DNA of 64,000 nucleotides from Octopus vulgaris (taxonomy: Eukaryota): positions 72,974,001 through 73,038,000 of the forward strand of contig OX597833.1 in the NCBI GenBank assembly GCA_951406725.2. The letters are read 5' to 3'. Below the pieces are notes generated by a model. That model did no database searches. It was not told the DNA's origin and worked only from the letters and a program-made list of their open reading frames with translations. A program made the position numbers and the translations under genes. Positions 27,546 through 39,764 of this stretch are shown here, piece after piece (positions within the stretch are counted from its first letter, which is position 1; each line of letters opens with the position of its first letter).

Positions 27546-29239
27546 AATCAATCATTTTTTTTTTCCTTCTGGAAGAAATTGTCTGCGTTCAGATCCAGAG
27601 AGAGAGAGAGAGAGGGAGAGGTGGGGATGGATGGTCAGTCGGTGCTACTTTGGTATGCGATCTACGAGTCACGAATCTGCTTTGGTATGCGATGTACACT
27701 TTATATTGTGATCTTCAACAAGAAAAGTTATACTCATCAAGAACAAGGAGAACACCTGAATCGGTTTGAAGCATAAGTGTTGATAATGTATAAAACTTTT
27801 AATTCTCTCTCTTTGACTTTTCCAGCTGATGTTCGTTCGATTCACCCCTAAAATTAGTAAACTTCTTTCAAATTTGCTTTATCTTAATGTTTTTAAGTTT
27901 GTGTATAAAATTGTAAGAATGTTTTATTTAAGCCGTAATAAACGAATGAAACGTGTAGATCGCATACTAAAGTGGAATTTGATTCTTGTAGATCAATCAC
28001 GTTGGCTCCGTAGATTGCATAGCAAAGTAGCGCCGAGATGGTCTCGCAGGCCTAAGATGCTGAAGACACGCCATATGTCAGGACTCTACTCGGTCCGTGG
28101 CATGGCATAGAACGATGATGGTAGGACTGAGTTCCATGGTTTTTAATGGTGGTGGTGTTTAGCCCCAGGCCGGCTGTTCGTTGAACAGACCTATGATCAA
28201 GAGATTGCTATTGATTCCTTTGTCTTTTGGCCTGTTGATAGATTCAAAGACTTTATTCAATCAATTCTGCTACTGCTGAACGTCTGATTGACACAGGGGA
28301 GAGAACTCGCTCGTTACGTGATACATTAATTAAAACAAAGATAGAAATTTATAATACCTGCCTTCCTCCCTCCCTCCCTCCCGCCGAAAAACAGTGAGTG
28401 TAGAATTAGTAAAAGATAACTACGACCAGAAATTAGGACAAACCGTGAGTTATGGGGGCGTAAACAAACCAATACCGGTTGTTAAGCGGTGGTATTCGGG
28501 GATGCACAACTTCTGTCTTAATCCACTCACAAGGCATTGGTTAGCCTAGCGCTGTAGTAGCAGGTACCTTCCCATGGTGTCATGCTGTGGGACCGAACCC
28601 GAAACCACGTGGTTGCCAAACAAGCGTCTTAGCCACGCAGGCCCTGTCTGCGCATTTTCAATTTAATGCAACAACAAAGACACAAATGAAGCCATTGGTT
28701 TCATCTCTTTGAACAAGCTGACAGAACATTGGAGGCGTTGGAGGCAATTCGAATAACCTCTATCGCCGTTACCCACGAGAATGTTCCTTCTTGGAGAAAT
28801 TGTTGATGTTGAACGAAGAATAAAATGGAAGTGTTATTGAGGCTGAGAATGTTGACGGATTCTCGATTCCGTGAACTTAACGATTGGCCATGGAGGGATC
28901 GGCCGCTTCGCAATGATGAGAAAACGTCACAAAACTTATTCCATTGCAGTGGTTCAGCTTCTTCGAGAAGTCATTTCCATGCGCGCGCCTGTGTGTTTAG
29001 GGGATCTTAAAAGAAATCCAAGCCTGTCGCTTACAAAGTGACAAAGTCCTTGTGTTCAAGTCAAAACAGCTCACGAGGTTTGTGGTTACCTGAATTAGCT
29101 GATATATGCATGTGTATATGCGTGTGTATATGCGTGCGTCACAATAGGACACAAGTGTGTATATTTCATTACTATTTATGTACGTGTGCGCGCGTGCATG
29201 TGCATGATTGTGTGCATATATTCTCAAGGAACCTCAAAT

Positions 29240-29590
29240 AGAGAATCCCTGAAATGATTCCAAATTTTCACTGTTCCTTTAATCGATTCTATCTGGAGAA
29301 TGTGAATCGGTTTATTTTGTTCTCTTTTGGGCAATTCAAGTATTTCTAGGTTTCCATGCAGACCTGATGTTATGGAGCCCATTGCACCGATGGTAATAGA
29401 AACAAATGCAAATCTATGTCCTGGGTACAAGAGGTGTATGTTTCTAATCAGTTCTCTGCCCCTCCCATTAATCTATGAAGAGACACATCCGTTGGGCAGG
29501 TGATCTCTAGAACGGTGCCATAATTCCTGCTCCTTGTCTCATACAACTGTATCTGGCCTTTTGTGCTTACACATCGGTCTGCTGTTTTTA
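29240..29590 (-). mobile_element. 3' fragment of an R4/Dong/NeSL-type non-LTR retrotransposon (restriction-like endonuclease domain)
   Basis: Minus-strand frames give KHKRPDTVV*DKEQE / TVLEITCPTD / ELIRNIHLLYPGHRFAFVSITIGAMG (RPD...E..CP.D and IGAxG motifs). Confidence 0.7.
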
Positions 29591-31229
29591 AAAACATGCT
29601 TCACCACACATACGTGTGTGTGTGTACATATGGGCAGTCAGGAAGACTTAGTCAAGTAGGTTAGTGAGACGCCATCTGGAGAGTGTCGTCAGAAAGTTGT
29701 TGTTTAGAGTTTCAATTGGCCACAATTGAGAGCAGAAGGAATTGACTGAAGCTCTTAAAAACGAACATCTCTCTAACGAGAATTTTGGGAGAGTCCGCGA
29801 ATTGAAAGCTAACAGCACGGACTTCCATATTGTCTGATCGCTTCGCCTCTCCGGTTGGAAGGAGTGGTTTTACTTTGCACAGTTCTTTGTTTCAGTAGAT
29901 ACCATTCTTTTACAGACATGAATTCACAAGAGTTCCAATAAGTGAGAGTAGCTCTTTCTGACATCTAACACTCGTAGTAAAGAAATGTGGTTTTTTCTTT
30001 ACATAATGCAAGTTTTTTCTCACACTTAGTTGACATAATTCCCTGTGAATACGTTTGTAGAAATTTGTAATCTGGTCGAGCAGAAATCTCCTTTCTACGT
30101 AAGACCTCATCACAACCGTATTTCTTTTTCTCCTCAATAGAAAATGCAATATTTTGTCATTCTTTATATTGTATTTACGACATTTATCAAACCTAAACAG
30201 TACAATTTGTTGGTTTGTAATGTGGATTAAATCCCCACGCAAACCCTCAGCAGAAAGAGTTTGAGAGAAAAAGACCCCAGGACCCTTTCTCGTTGATTTT
30301 TTTTTTACTGCGAGGGTCTGATCAGAAATGGAGTGATTTTAATAGCATGTGGAGGCAAGCATTCTTCTGCATCGATTTTGATTTTTTCCGAAAGCTATAA
30401 CAACTTCTTGAGAAATGGAAAACGCAACACCTTTTCATCGAGAACCGAGAATATATCCTTTACTTTAATTAACAAGTAATTCGGAAACTTTTTCAAGTTC
30501 TTTTTAAATGAGGAATGGTAAAGTATCTAAAAAGGAACGATTTAAAAAGGAAAGGGTTATTTTGTGGTTTTGAACGATTAAACAAAGGAATTTGATGTTT
30601 GTTTTGACCCAAAACGTAGTTTCTTTCTTCTTTAACTGAAAGAGTTCTGTTAGAGCTTTTTGACCGAAGCACAGGACATGTTTTGAGATTCCCATCATAA
30701 ATTTCATCAGTTACCGCGGACAATAATTGCTTCAAATTTTGGTACAAGGCCAGCAATTTTAGGGAGAGTGGTGTTAATGGATTACATAGACTCCAATACT
30801 TAACTGCTTCTCCATTTTTTTCGATCTCGAAAGTCTGAAAGGTGAAGTTGATCTCGGCGAGATTTGAACTCAGAAAGTTTAGGGCCGGAACAAATGCTGC
30901 TAAGCATTTTGTCCGATGCGCTAACGATTCTCCAGTTCATCTCCTTACTGCATACAATAATATCATCATCTAAATATGAGTTGGTAGGGTTTAAGTTAGG
31001 ATTCTGTGCGATAATTTGCTTGAAAACCTGTCTAAGGTGTTTGTAAAGTAAAATAGAAGCCATGCATCATCATTTGAATATTGATACATTTTCCCAGGGT
31101 TTGAAAATGAGTTTCAGGACGGGCTTTAAACGTCGTCGGTATTTGATAATAGATCAACGTTTCGTATCGTCCTTACTAAAATGCAAAATGCCAAGAGAGA
31201 GTATGTACGAGGCTTATAAGAGGGGAAAA

Positions 31230-31460
31230 CCTGGCGATGAGCTGGAAGGATTGTTAACACGCCAGGCAAAGGTGCGTAACGACATTTCATCCGCCCTTAC
31301 AGTCTGAGTTCAAATTCCACCGGAGTCGATTGTGCTTTTCGTCCTTTCATGGTCGATAAAAAATAAGTACCAGTCGAGCAGTGAGGTCAATGGAATCGAC
31401 TCCCCACTTCTACCGCCCCAAAAATGTCGGGCCTTGTGCCTATAACAGAAAGGATTGTTA
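31230..31460 (+). mobile_element. Near full-length SINE of the second family
   Basis: GGCGATGAGCTGGAAGGATTGTTAACACGCC...CTGAGTTCAAATTCC...GGTCGATAAAAAATAAGTACCAG...GGCCTTGTGCC. Confidence 0.75.
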
Positions 31461-32256
31461 TTTTCTATTGTGAATCGCAGCCAGATTGGAATATGCGTTT
31501 AAAAGAATCTACACACACACACACACACTCTCTCTTATTCACTCACTCTCACAGTTTTGTTTAAATATAAAACCACCACCTTCTTATTCCCCTACTGTGT
31601 AAACACACACACACGTCTATCTATTTATCTGCATGCTTGTTTGTGTGTGTGTGTGTGTGTATCCATCCACTGTGTGTACACATTACATATTATCTCGTGA
31701 CTTCTTTGTTTATCAGTCCGTCAATGAAACAAACCTGACCTCACCAACAACTGCTACATTTATAAGTCGCCTCCTGCCTCTTAACTATACAGTGCCATAC
31801 ATAAACGCACACATGCGTTCGTGCGCGCAGAGCGTGGATACATACATACATATATATATATGAAACGTTGGTTATGGTTTTTATTTAGCAAATGTTGTTC
31901 TGTTTCTCCAAACTATTGAGACAACACTGTGTGAATATTTACTTATACAACCATATTGTGTGGTATATATAGGATTTGGGCTGCAGAGAGTGTAGATAAG
32001 ACGCTGTGTGTGTGTGTGTATATACACACGCACCAGAGTATACAAGCAGAGAGATCCGTGCCGAATTAAGGGTACACCATTCCAATAATTAAATGTTAAG
32101 AAACCGACGTAGGTGCTTTTACCTTGTCACAGTCTGCTGGGGTCAGTTATTAATCTTCCTCAAATCCTACCTGAACGTCGTAAAAATATAAAGTTTCGAT
32201 TTGAAATTTGTAGTCCAAGATACACTTTACCTGAGAATGAAATAAGGTGGGATGGT

Positions 32257-32704
32257 GGATCTTTTCCTTTTGAACGCCAGTTTTCAACACAATTTCTAGT
32301 TAACTAAACACTTTTAAACTTCGTATACTGGTAGAATGTGTCAAAATAAAACATTTTTTTCTCTTGGCTTTCTTGAGAAAATTGTAATTTGTAAGTTTAA
32401 CGTAGTTTAATTTTTCGAATTTTAACCAATCAATGGCCTCTATTGATCTAAAATCATTTGCTGCGTCTAAAACAGACAGCATCCTGTCACTAACCCTAAC
32501 CCTAAATTTTAGCCTTTCGTTTTCTTTTTTTCTTAATTGTTAAATTAATTTAAGGATAACAATTAAGAAAAAAAAAAAAACGAAAGCAATGGAAAATAAT
32601 TTTAATTTAACAATTAAGAAAAAAAAACGAAAGCAAAAACTCAAAACAAAAACAAAGCGAATAATTTTAGACACATGCGTAACAATTAAATTAATTTAAC
32701 ACCC
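32257..32704. mobile_element. AT-rich non-autonomous element with internal TAACCC repeats and an internal inverted/duplicated 30-bp motif
   Basis: CTAACCCTAACCCTAA at ~32490; TTCG(T)nCTTAATTGTT is mirrored twice by AACAATTAAG(A)nCGAAAGC. Confidence 0.45.
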
Positions 32705-32866
32705 ACACAAATACACAATATAGGCTCAGACATGGCTGTAGGGCTCCAAGGTTTGCTGCACAGTTAAAACAGCTCCAGGTTTGATCCCAGTGCATTGCAC
32801 CCTGGGCAAGGTCCTTCTGTTATCATCTGGGGTTGACCGCTGCTGACCAATTCCCTGTGAGTGGAA

Positions 32867-34435
32867 CATCATCATTTAACGTCTGCTTTCCATGCTGGCA
32901 TGGGTTGGACGGTTTGGCTGGAGCTGATGAGCCAGAGAGCTGCACCGGGTCCCAGTCTGATTTGGCATGCTCTCTACAGCTGGATGCCCTTCCTAATGCC
33001 AACCACTGCAGGAGTGTAATGGGTGCTTTTACATACCACCAGCATGGGTGCCATGCCACCAGCAATGCTCACAACTACAATTCAAGGATGGGTGCCATTT
33101 ACACGGCACTGGCACTGAATGACCATGGCTAGGATTCCCAGGTGCCATTTGCATGACCCTAGCAATGACCATGACACATGGCTGCTGTTCACATGACTGG
33201 TACAGCCACAACTCAACTTCACTTGGCCTGATGTGTCTTCTCCCATATTGCCAGAGCTCTCTATCACTTGTCATCACCTCCATGAGGCTCAGCATTCGAA
33301 GATCATGCTTCACCACCTCATCCCATGTTTTCCTGGGTCTACCCCTACCACAGGTTCCCTCCACAGTTAGAGATCGGCACTTCTTTACACAGTCGTCCTC
33401 ATCCAAATGCAGCACATGACCATACCAACATAGTCGTCTCTTGCACACCACATTTGATGCCTCTTATACCCAACTTTTCTCTCAAGATGCTTACACTCTC
33501 TCTCATTAATGCACACAGACATTACACATCCAACGAAGCATACTGACTTCATTTCTTTCAAGTCTACACATGTCCTCGGCTGTCACAGCCCATTGTTTCA
33601 ATGCCATGTAGCATAGCTTTTCACATACAGGCATCATTCTGTCTGCCTTTCACTCAGAAGGGAGAGGCCCTTTGTTACCAACAAAGATAGGAGCTCTCTG
33701 AACTTTGCCCACCCACTTCTTACTGTTGCAGCTATGCTATCAGAGCAACCACCTTCACTAGTGATTTGGTCACCTAAATAGCAGAAGCTATGAACTACCT
33801 CTAGCTTACCCACCTGGCATTTGATGTAGTCTATCTTCTGTACATTTGCAGTGTTGGTTGTACCTGTACACCTTCCATACACAAAAACTATTTCTTCTGT
33901 TAATCTTCCTCTGATATTACTGCATCTCTTATGTGTCCATAACTTACACTGGGTACATCTTAATGCGTTTCTACTAATGCCTTTTCTACAGATTGAGCAG
34001 GATCGTCTACATGAGGGGATTTGTGATTTGTCTGCTTTCCTACTTCCTAAGACTTTGGTTTTTGCTAGATTAACTCTAAGGCCCTTTGATTCTAGACCCA
34101 GCTTCCACACCTGCAATTTCTTCTCTGGAAGTGATTCAGCTATGATAACAAGGTCATCGGCATAGAGGATCTCCCAGGGGCAGCCTGTCTTAAATTCTTC
34201 TGGTATTGCTTGGAGGACTATGATGAACAGGAGAGGGCCGAGGATTGATTCTTGATGAACCCCTATTTGTACCCTGCATTCATTGCTATACTCGTTGCCA
34301 ACCCTCACCTTATTGACAGCATCCCTGTACATAGCTTCTACCACTCTCACCAACCACTTGTCTATCCCTAGTTTTCACATTGACCACCAGATAAGGGTTT
34401 GAGAGACCCTGTCAAAGGCTTTTTCCATGTCAGTA
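32867..34435 (-). mobile_element. 5'-truncated RTE-clade LINE (RT C-terminal half, PHD-like finger, 3' UTR, (GAT)n tail)
   Basis: ORF 33634-34353 with GVHQES, EILYADD, CSIC...CTQCKLWTHKRC; then RRLCWYGHV...GRGRPRKTW; tail at 32867. Confidence 0.92.
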
Positions 34436-35062
34436 TATGGAAGCCAAAACACCACTCATTGTCTGCTTGTGTGTGTGTGTGGCTGTATATATGTGGTAAG
34501 AAGTGAGAAGTTTGCTTCCCAACCACATGATTTTGGGTTCAGTCCCACTGCATGGCACCTTGGGCAGGTGTTTTTCTATAGCCTCCAGCTGACCACAGCA
34601 TTGTGAATTTATTTGGTAGAAAGAAATTGAAAGAAACCCATCATGTGTGTGCGTGTGTGTGTGCGTATATTCTCTCTCTGTTTATTTTCTCTTATTCCTT
34701 TCTGCTGATGAGCATAGGCTCAAAACATAAAAGACTTTTTCACTTTCCTGAGTGTCAAACTTCCCAGGTGAAGAATGTACCTCTCAACATAGACTAGTAG
34801 TTAGCAACTTCAGGATCAGGGCTAAATGGATGTCCAGAAGACGACCAGCATGGAGGAGAAGGGTCTGGAAGCTTAAAGATCCTTCGAATGGACAGAGATT
34901 TAGAGGCATACTACTTGAAGCCTTTGACGAAATAGAAGGGGATATAGCATCACATGATGTGGAAGACAACTGGAGGTTTCTATGGGAAAACCTGCTGAGA
35001 GCCATTGACCAGATCTGTGGATGGTGTAAAGTCCCCTCTCGACCCAAGGTAATGTGATGGTG

Positions 35063-35345
35063 TGGAGGCACATGGCCTAGTGGTTAGAGCAGCGGACTTG
35101 CGGTCAAGGGTTCGAATCTCAGACCGGGCAATGTGTGTGTTTATGAGCAAAACACCTAAGCTCCACGCGGCTCCGGCAGAAGGTAATGGCGAACTTCTGC
35201 TGAATCTTTCGCCACAACTTTCAATCTTTCCTCCTGCATCTTGCAGCTCACCTGCGATGGACTGGCGTCCCATCCAGGTGGGGAACCTATACGTCAAGGA
35301 GACTGGGAAACCGGCCCTTATGAGCTAGGCATGGCTCGAGAAGGA
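35063..35345 (+). mobile_element. tRNA-derived SINE inserted in the RTE LINE
   Basis: A box TGGCCTAGTGG, B box GGTTCGAATCT; 12-bp TSD AATGTGATGGTG (35051-35062) / AACGTGGTGGTG (35346-35357) splits the RTE TWWWN motif. Confidence 0.9.
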
Positions 35346-37384
35346 AACGTGGTGGTGGAACAATGTGGTTGATAGGGCTACTTGAGAAAACAAACAGGCT
35401 TGGAAGGACTAGAAGAATGGTGGTAGCAGGGAACTGTATCAGACTGCCAGAAGGGAAGCTAGGAGACATTTATTTAGCCAGAGGGGAAGCAGATAAGAAA
35501 AAATTTGCCAATGTTTTGTGCCATGAAGACCAAAGACTTGAAGTATTTCATGTTGCAAAACAGTGTGAGAGAGAATTGTGATGTCGTAGGTGAGAAATGT
35601 GTCTGCATGGATGATGGTTCACTTGCACTAAACAAGGCTGCAAAGAGAGATGTTTGGAGACACCACTATGAAAGCTTGCTCAATAAAGAGAATGAATGGG
35701 AGAAAGAGAGTCTGCTGAATGTCGACCCAACAGAGGTACCAGCTATCTGAATTGACAGTACCTTGGTAGATAATGCAATTAAGAGTATGAAGGCAGGGAA
35801 AGTCCCCGGCCCATCAGGAATTACCGCAGAGATGCTCAAAATATGTAGCGGTGTTGGCTATAGCCTAGTCACCCGTATAGTTAACCAGGTGATACAGGAA
35901 GGAGTCATACCCAATGACTGGTGTAGCAGCATAATAGTCAACTGCTACAAAGATACAAATAATTACAGAGGTATCAAGTTGTTGGATCAGGTAATGAAGG
36001 TCACGGAGAGGGTCATAGCCCAACTAATTAGGGAGAGAGTCAGTTTAGACGAGATGCAGTTTGGATTCATGTCAGGGAAAAGCACCACTGATGCTATATT
36101 TCTGGTAAGACAGCTGCAGGAGAAATACCTAGCCAAAGATAAGACCCTGTACCTGGCTTTTGTTGACATGGAGAAAGCCTTTGACAGGGTCCCTCGATCC
36201 CTTATCTGGTGGTCAATGCGGAAACTAGGGTTAGATGAATGGTTAGTGAGAGCTGTGCAAGCCATGTACAGGGACGCTGTCAGCAAGGTGAGGGTTAGCA
36301 ACAAGTACAGGGAAGAATTCCGGGTAGAGGTAGGGGTCCACCAAAGTTCAGTCCTCAGCCCCCTTCTATTTATCATAGTCCTCCAGGCAATAACAGAGGA
36401 ATTCAAGACAGAATGCCCCTGGGAGCTCCTCTATGCTGATGACCTTGCTCTAATTGATGAGTCACTATCAGAACAATAGAAGTTTCAGGTGTGGAAGCAA
36501 GGATTAGAATCGAAGGGCCTTATAGTCAACCTTGCTAAAACCAAAGTCCTAATAAGTAGGAAGGCAGGCAAACCACAAATCCCTTCAGGTAGATGGCCCT
36601 GCTCGATCTGTAGAAACTCTATAAGATGTACCCAGTGTAAGCTATGGACACATAAGAAGTGCAACAATATCAAAGGAAGGCTAACTGGGAAGATAGATTT
36701 TGTATGTAGCAGATGCTCAGGAGCAATAAACACTGGAAATGTGCAGAGACCAACTTCCACCACATTCCAGGGAGAAAAACTAGAAGTAGTTGATAGCTTC
36801 CGTTACCTAGGTGGCCAAATCAGTAGCGGGGGTGGGTGTGCTGAAAGTGTAGCTGCTAGAATAAGAATAGCCTGGGCAAAGTTCAGAGAGCTCTTACCTC
36901 TGTTAGTGACAAAGGGCCTCTCGTTCAGAGTAAAAGGTAGACTGTATGACGCATGTGTATGAACAGCCATGCTACATGGCAGTGAAACATAGGCCGTGAC
37001 TGCTGAGGACATGTGTAAGCTCGCAAGGAATGAGGCCAGTATGCTCTGCTGGATGTATAATGTCAGTGTGCATACTCAAGTGCCTTGAGAAAAAAGTTGG
37101 ACCTAAGACCTGAGATGAAGTGGTGAAGCACGACCTTTAAACATTGGGCCTTACTGAGGCAATGACTAGTGACCAGGACCTTTGGAAATATGCTGTATTT
37201 GAGAACACCCAGCAAGCCAAGTGAGACCATGGCCTATGCCAGGAGTGTAACCAGCCCACTTATGCATACTTTTCCTTCATTGGACACTAAACTCTGCTTG
37301 CGAAGACCTGTTGAGGCAAGTTAAATCGAAATCAAATTTGATGACTGCACTGCATGACTGGCATCCGTGCTAGTGGAGCGCTAA

Positions 37385-37637
37385 GAGCACCATCCAAGTG
37401 TGATCATTGCCAGGGCCACTGACTGGCTCCCATGCCGGTCGCATGTAAAAGGCACCATTTGAGCGTGGTCATTACCAGCGTCGCTTTACTGGCTCTTGTG
37501 CCGGTGGCACGTGAAAAACAACATTCGAGCGAGGTCGTTGCCAGTGCCGCTGGACTGGTTCCTGTGCAGGTGGAATGTAAAAAACACCATTTGAGCGTGG
37601 CCATTGCCAGTACCGCCTGACTGGTACGTAAAAGCAC
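37385..37637 (+). repeat. About four ~65-bp tandem units in the RTE 3' UTR
   Basis: Unit GCACCATTYGAGCGTGGYCRTTGCCAG...ACTGGCTCYTGTGCCGGTGGCACGTAAAA; also present at 4410-4555. Confidence 0.75.
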
Positions 37638-37857
37638 CCACTACACTCTCAGAGTGGTTGGCGTTGGGAAGGGCATCCAACTGTAGAAACTCTGCTAGAT
37701 CAGATTGGAGCCTGGTGCAGCCATCTGGCTTGCCAGTCCTCAGTCAAACCATCCAACCCATGCCAGCATGGAAAGCGGACCTTAAACGATGAGGATGATG
37801 ATGTGTGTGTATAGTGTATATATATATATATATATTTTGTGTGTGTTTATATATGTA

Positions 37858-37897
<40 letters not shown>

Positions 37898-39029
37898 TGT
37901 GTGTGTGTGTAAATGCTCCAGTTGTTATTAACATGATATGAGCAGAAATAAGCTGTCTCTTTATTCAGGTTGTGTAGCAAAGAAAGGTCAGGTAGTTTCA
38001 GCTTTCAACGCAAATGGAAGGAAAGACAAAAAACAACATAGGATTAGTTGGAAAATAAATAAGAGTTGGTGACAGGAAGAACATCTGGCTGAAGAAAAAA
38101 ACTACCCCAGTATGACTCATCTAACCCATGCTGTTAATGGAAAAACAGGTGTGAAACTGCAAACACTCACACACACACACACTCACACACACACACACAC
38201 ACACACAATTTTGATGCATAAAGCCAGAATGTCAGGGTAGCAACTGGTTAAGTGTGAATGATGGAACTTAAATAAACTCCAGCTTGTGTTACAAACATGT
38301 GCTCTCTCTCTCTCTCTCTCTCTGTGTTGTTGTTGTTGTAGCATGTGTGTATGAAATATTGTTTCTGATAGGATTAAGATGTGAGAATGACACAAAAGAT
38401 CACAGCTGGCTCCCAGTGGAATTTGAACTCTGTTCAATGTGAAGCAGAAATTGGAATCCCACCCGTTTCTCTTATTTTCTGTGAGAGGAGGAGGAGATAT
38501 ATAGATGGAGGATGAGGTGGAGGGTGATTGAAGAGCTCTAAATGAATGATGGTCAATCTTCTGTGATGTGAGTGTCAATCAGGGCATCATTTGATCTTTA
38601 TTCATTATTCACCTGGTCATTTACTATTTGCATGTTTTAGATTAAAAGAAAATACTTTCAAGTCTGTTACTGAGGGTGGAAGATGGCGGCAGCAGCAGCA
38701 GTATGGGAAGCATGCACTGTAACAGCATCCATCATTTGTTGGCGATTTCCTTTGACCCTTGACAGATGACCCTTTTGCACCACGACCCAGGGGTTTGCCT
38801 GGGTAGTTATTGCTGATGAGTTTTACACATCCTACCTCAACCTCTTTTTATCCCCTTTCACAACATGCAGAGGAAATGTTGGTCTTTTACAAGCCACTCT
38901 CCATGCAGCACTAGAACTAAGTGAAATGAATGTTTTGCTCAAGAACACATACTGCCTGATCTGGGAATTGAACTCATGAGCTGACAATCATAAGTGTAAC
39001 ATCCTAACCACTTGGCCAGGTGTCTAGAC

Positions 39030-39393
39030 CAAATGGTTCTCAACCGGGCTCCATATGGCTCCTGAGGGTTTATATATAAGGTTTTTTGGGGTCCATGCAA
39101 CAAAACAGCAAATTGGGGGTCCACAACAGTGTTTTAAGGGCCCCTGAAAAGATTTTGCTTTGGATGTATTTATTAGAATGTATTGCAAGAAACAGTTAGG
39201 TTTCTTTCTCTAACATTTTACGTAGTTCAACCTACACAAGTTAACATGGGAAAAACACAATCAGAATTTTGAAAGAAGTTTCTATAAAACTAGTTTTTAA
39301 ACATCGAATGTGTGTGGGTGGGTGAGTGGGGGATCCATCAGAATGAATAGCAGTCAAAGGGGTTCATAGATAAAAAATGGTTGAGAACCCCTG
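39030..39393. mobile_element. hAT/Charlie-like MITE
   Basis: TIRs CAAATGGTTCTCAACC / GGTTGAGAACCCCTG; degenerate 8-bp TSD GTCTAGAC / GCCTAGAG, matching the NTCTAGAN target preference. Confidence 0.75.
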
Positions 39394-39764
39394 GCCTAGA
39401 GCATCACTCCAAATGCTGTGTGTGTGTGTTTTAGTTACAGCACTTCGTTTTGAGTTCAGATCTTGCCAAAGGCAACTTTCTGGTCCTGATGAAGTGCTCG
39501 GGGTAACATAATCAACTGACTCTCAAGTTTAAGGCCTTGTGCCAAAATAATAGAAAAAAAAAAAGCGCCTATATGTTCTATTATTTTCCTTTCAGTAAAT
39601 CAATGATGATAAACGAAGCTGTTTTTTTTTTCCTTCTTAGTCTGAGGGGAATGTTTTTGTTAAAAATAGAAATTATTATTATTACTTTCAGAAACACTGC
39701 CCTATAGGCGGCGATTTTCTGCTGTTCATTAGAAACAGTATTAAATTCCAATAGTCATCTATAT

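Larger units (their letters stand above)
34758..37803 (+). mobile_element. Long 5'-truncated RTE-clade LINE, degraded (end of APE domain, RT, PHD-like finger, tandem-repeat 3' UTR, tail)
   Basis: SQHRLV; KAGKVPGPSGI; NYRGIKLL; QFGF; FVDMEKAFDRV; GVHQSSVLSP; LLYADD; FRYLG; internal stops and deletions; ORF end ~37224. Confidence 0.95.

Noticed and set aside
35063-35130. tRNA gene
   Set aside because: A/B boxes are present but there is no complete cloverleaf; it is a SINE head flanked by a TSD.
37385-37637. Regularly spaced repeats resembling a CRISPR array or HDV-like ribozymes
   Set aside because: Whole units are homologous (no unique spacers), the context is a eukaryotic LINE 3' UTR, and I could not thread an HDV double pseudoknot.
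38680-38770. YY1-like AAGATGGCGGC overlapping an ATG (MAAAAAV...)
   Set aside because: ORF closes after ~28 codons, with no donor and no CpG-island context.
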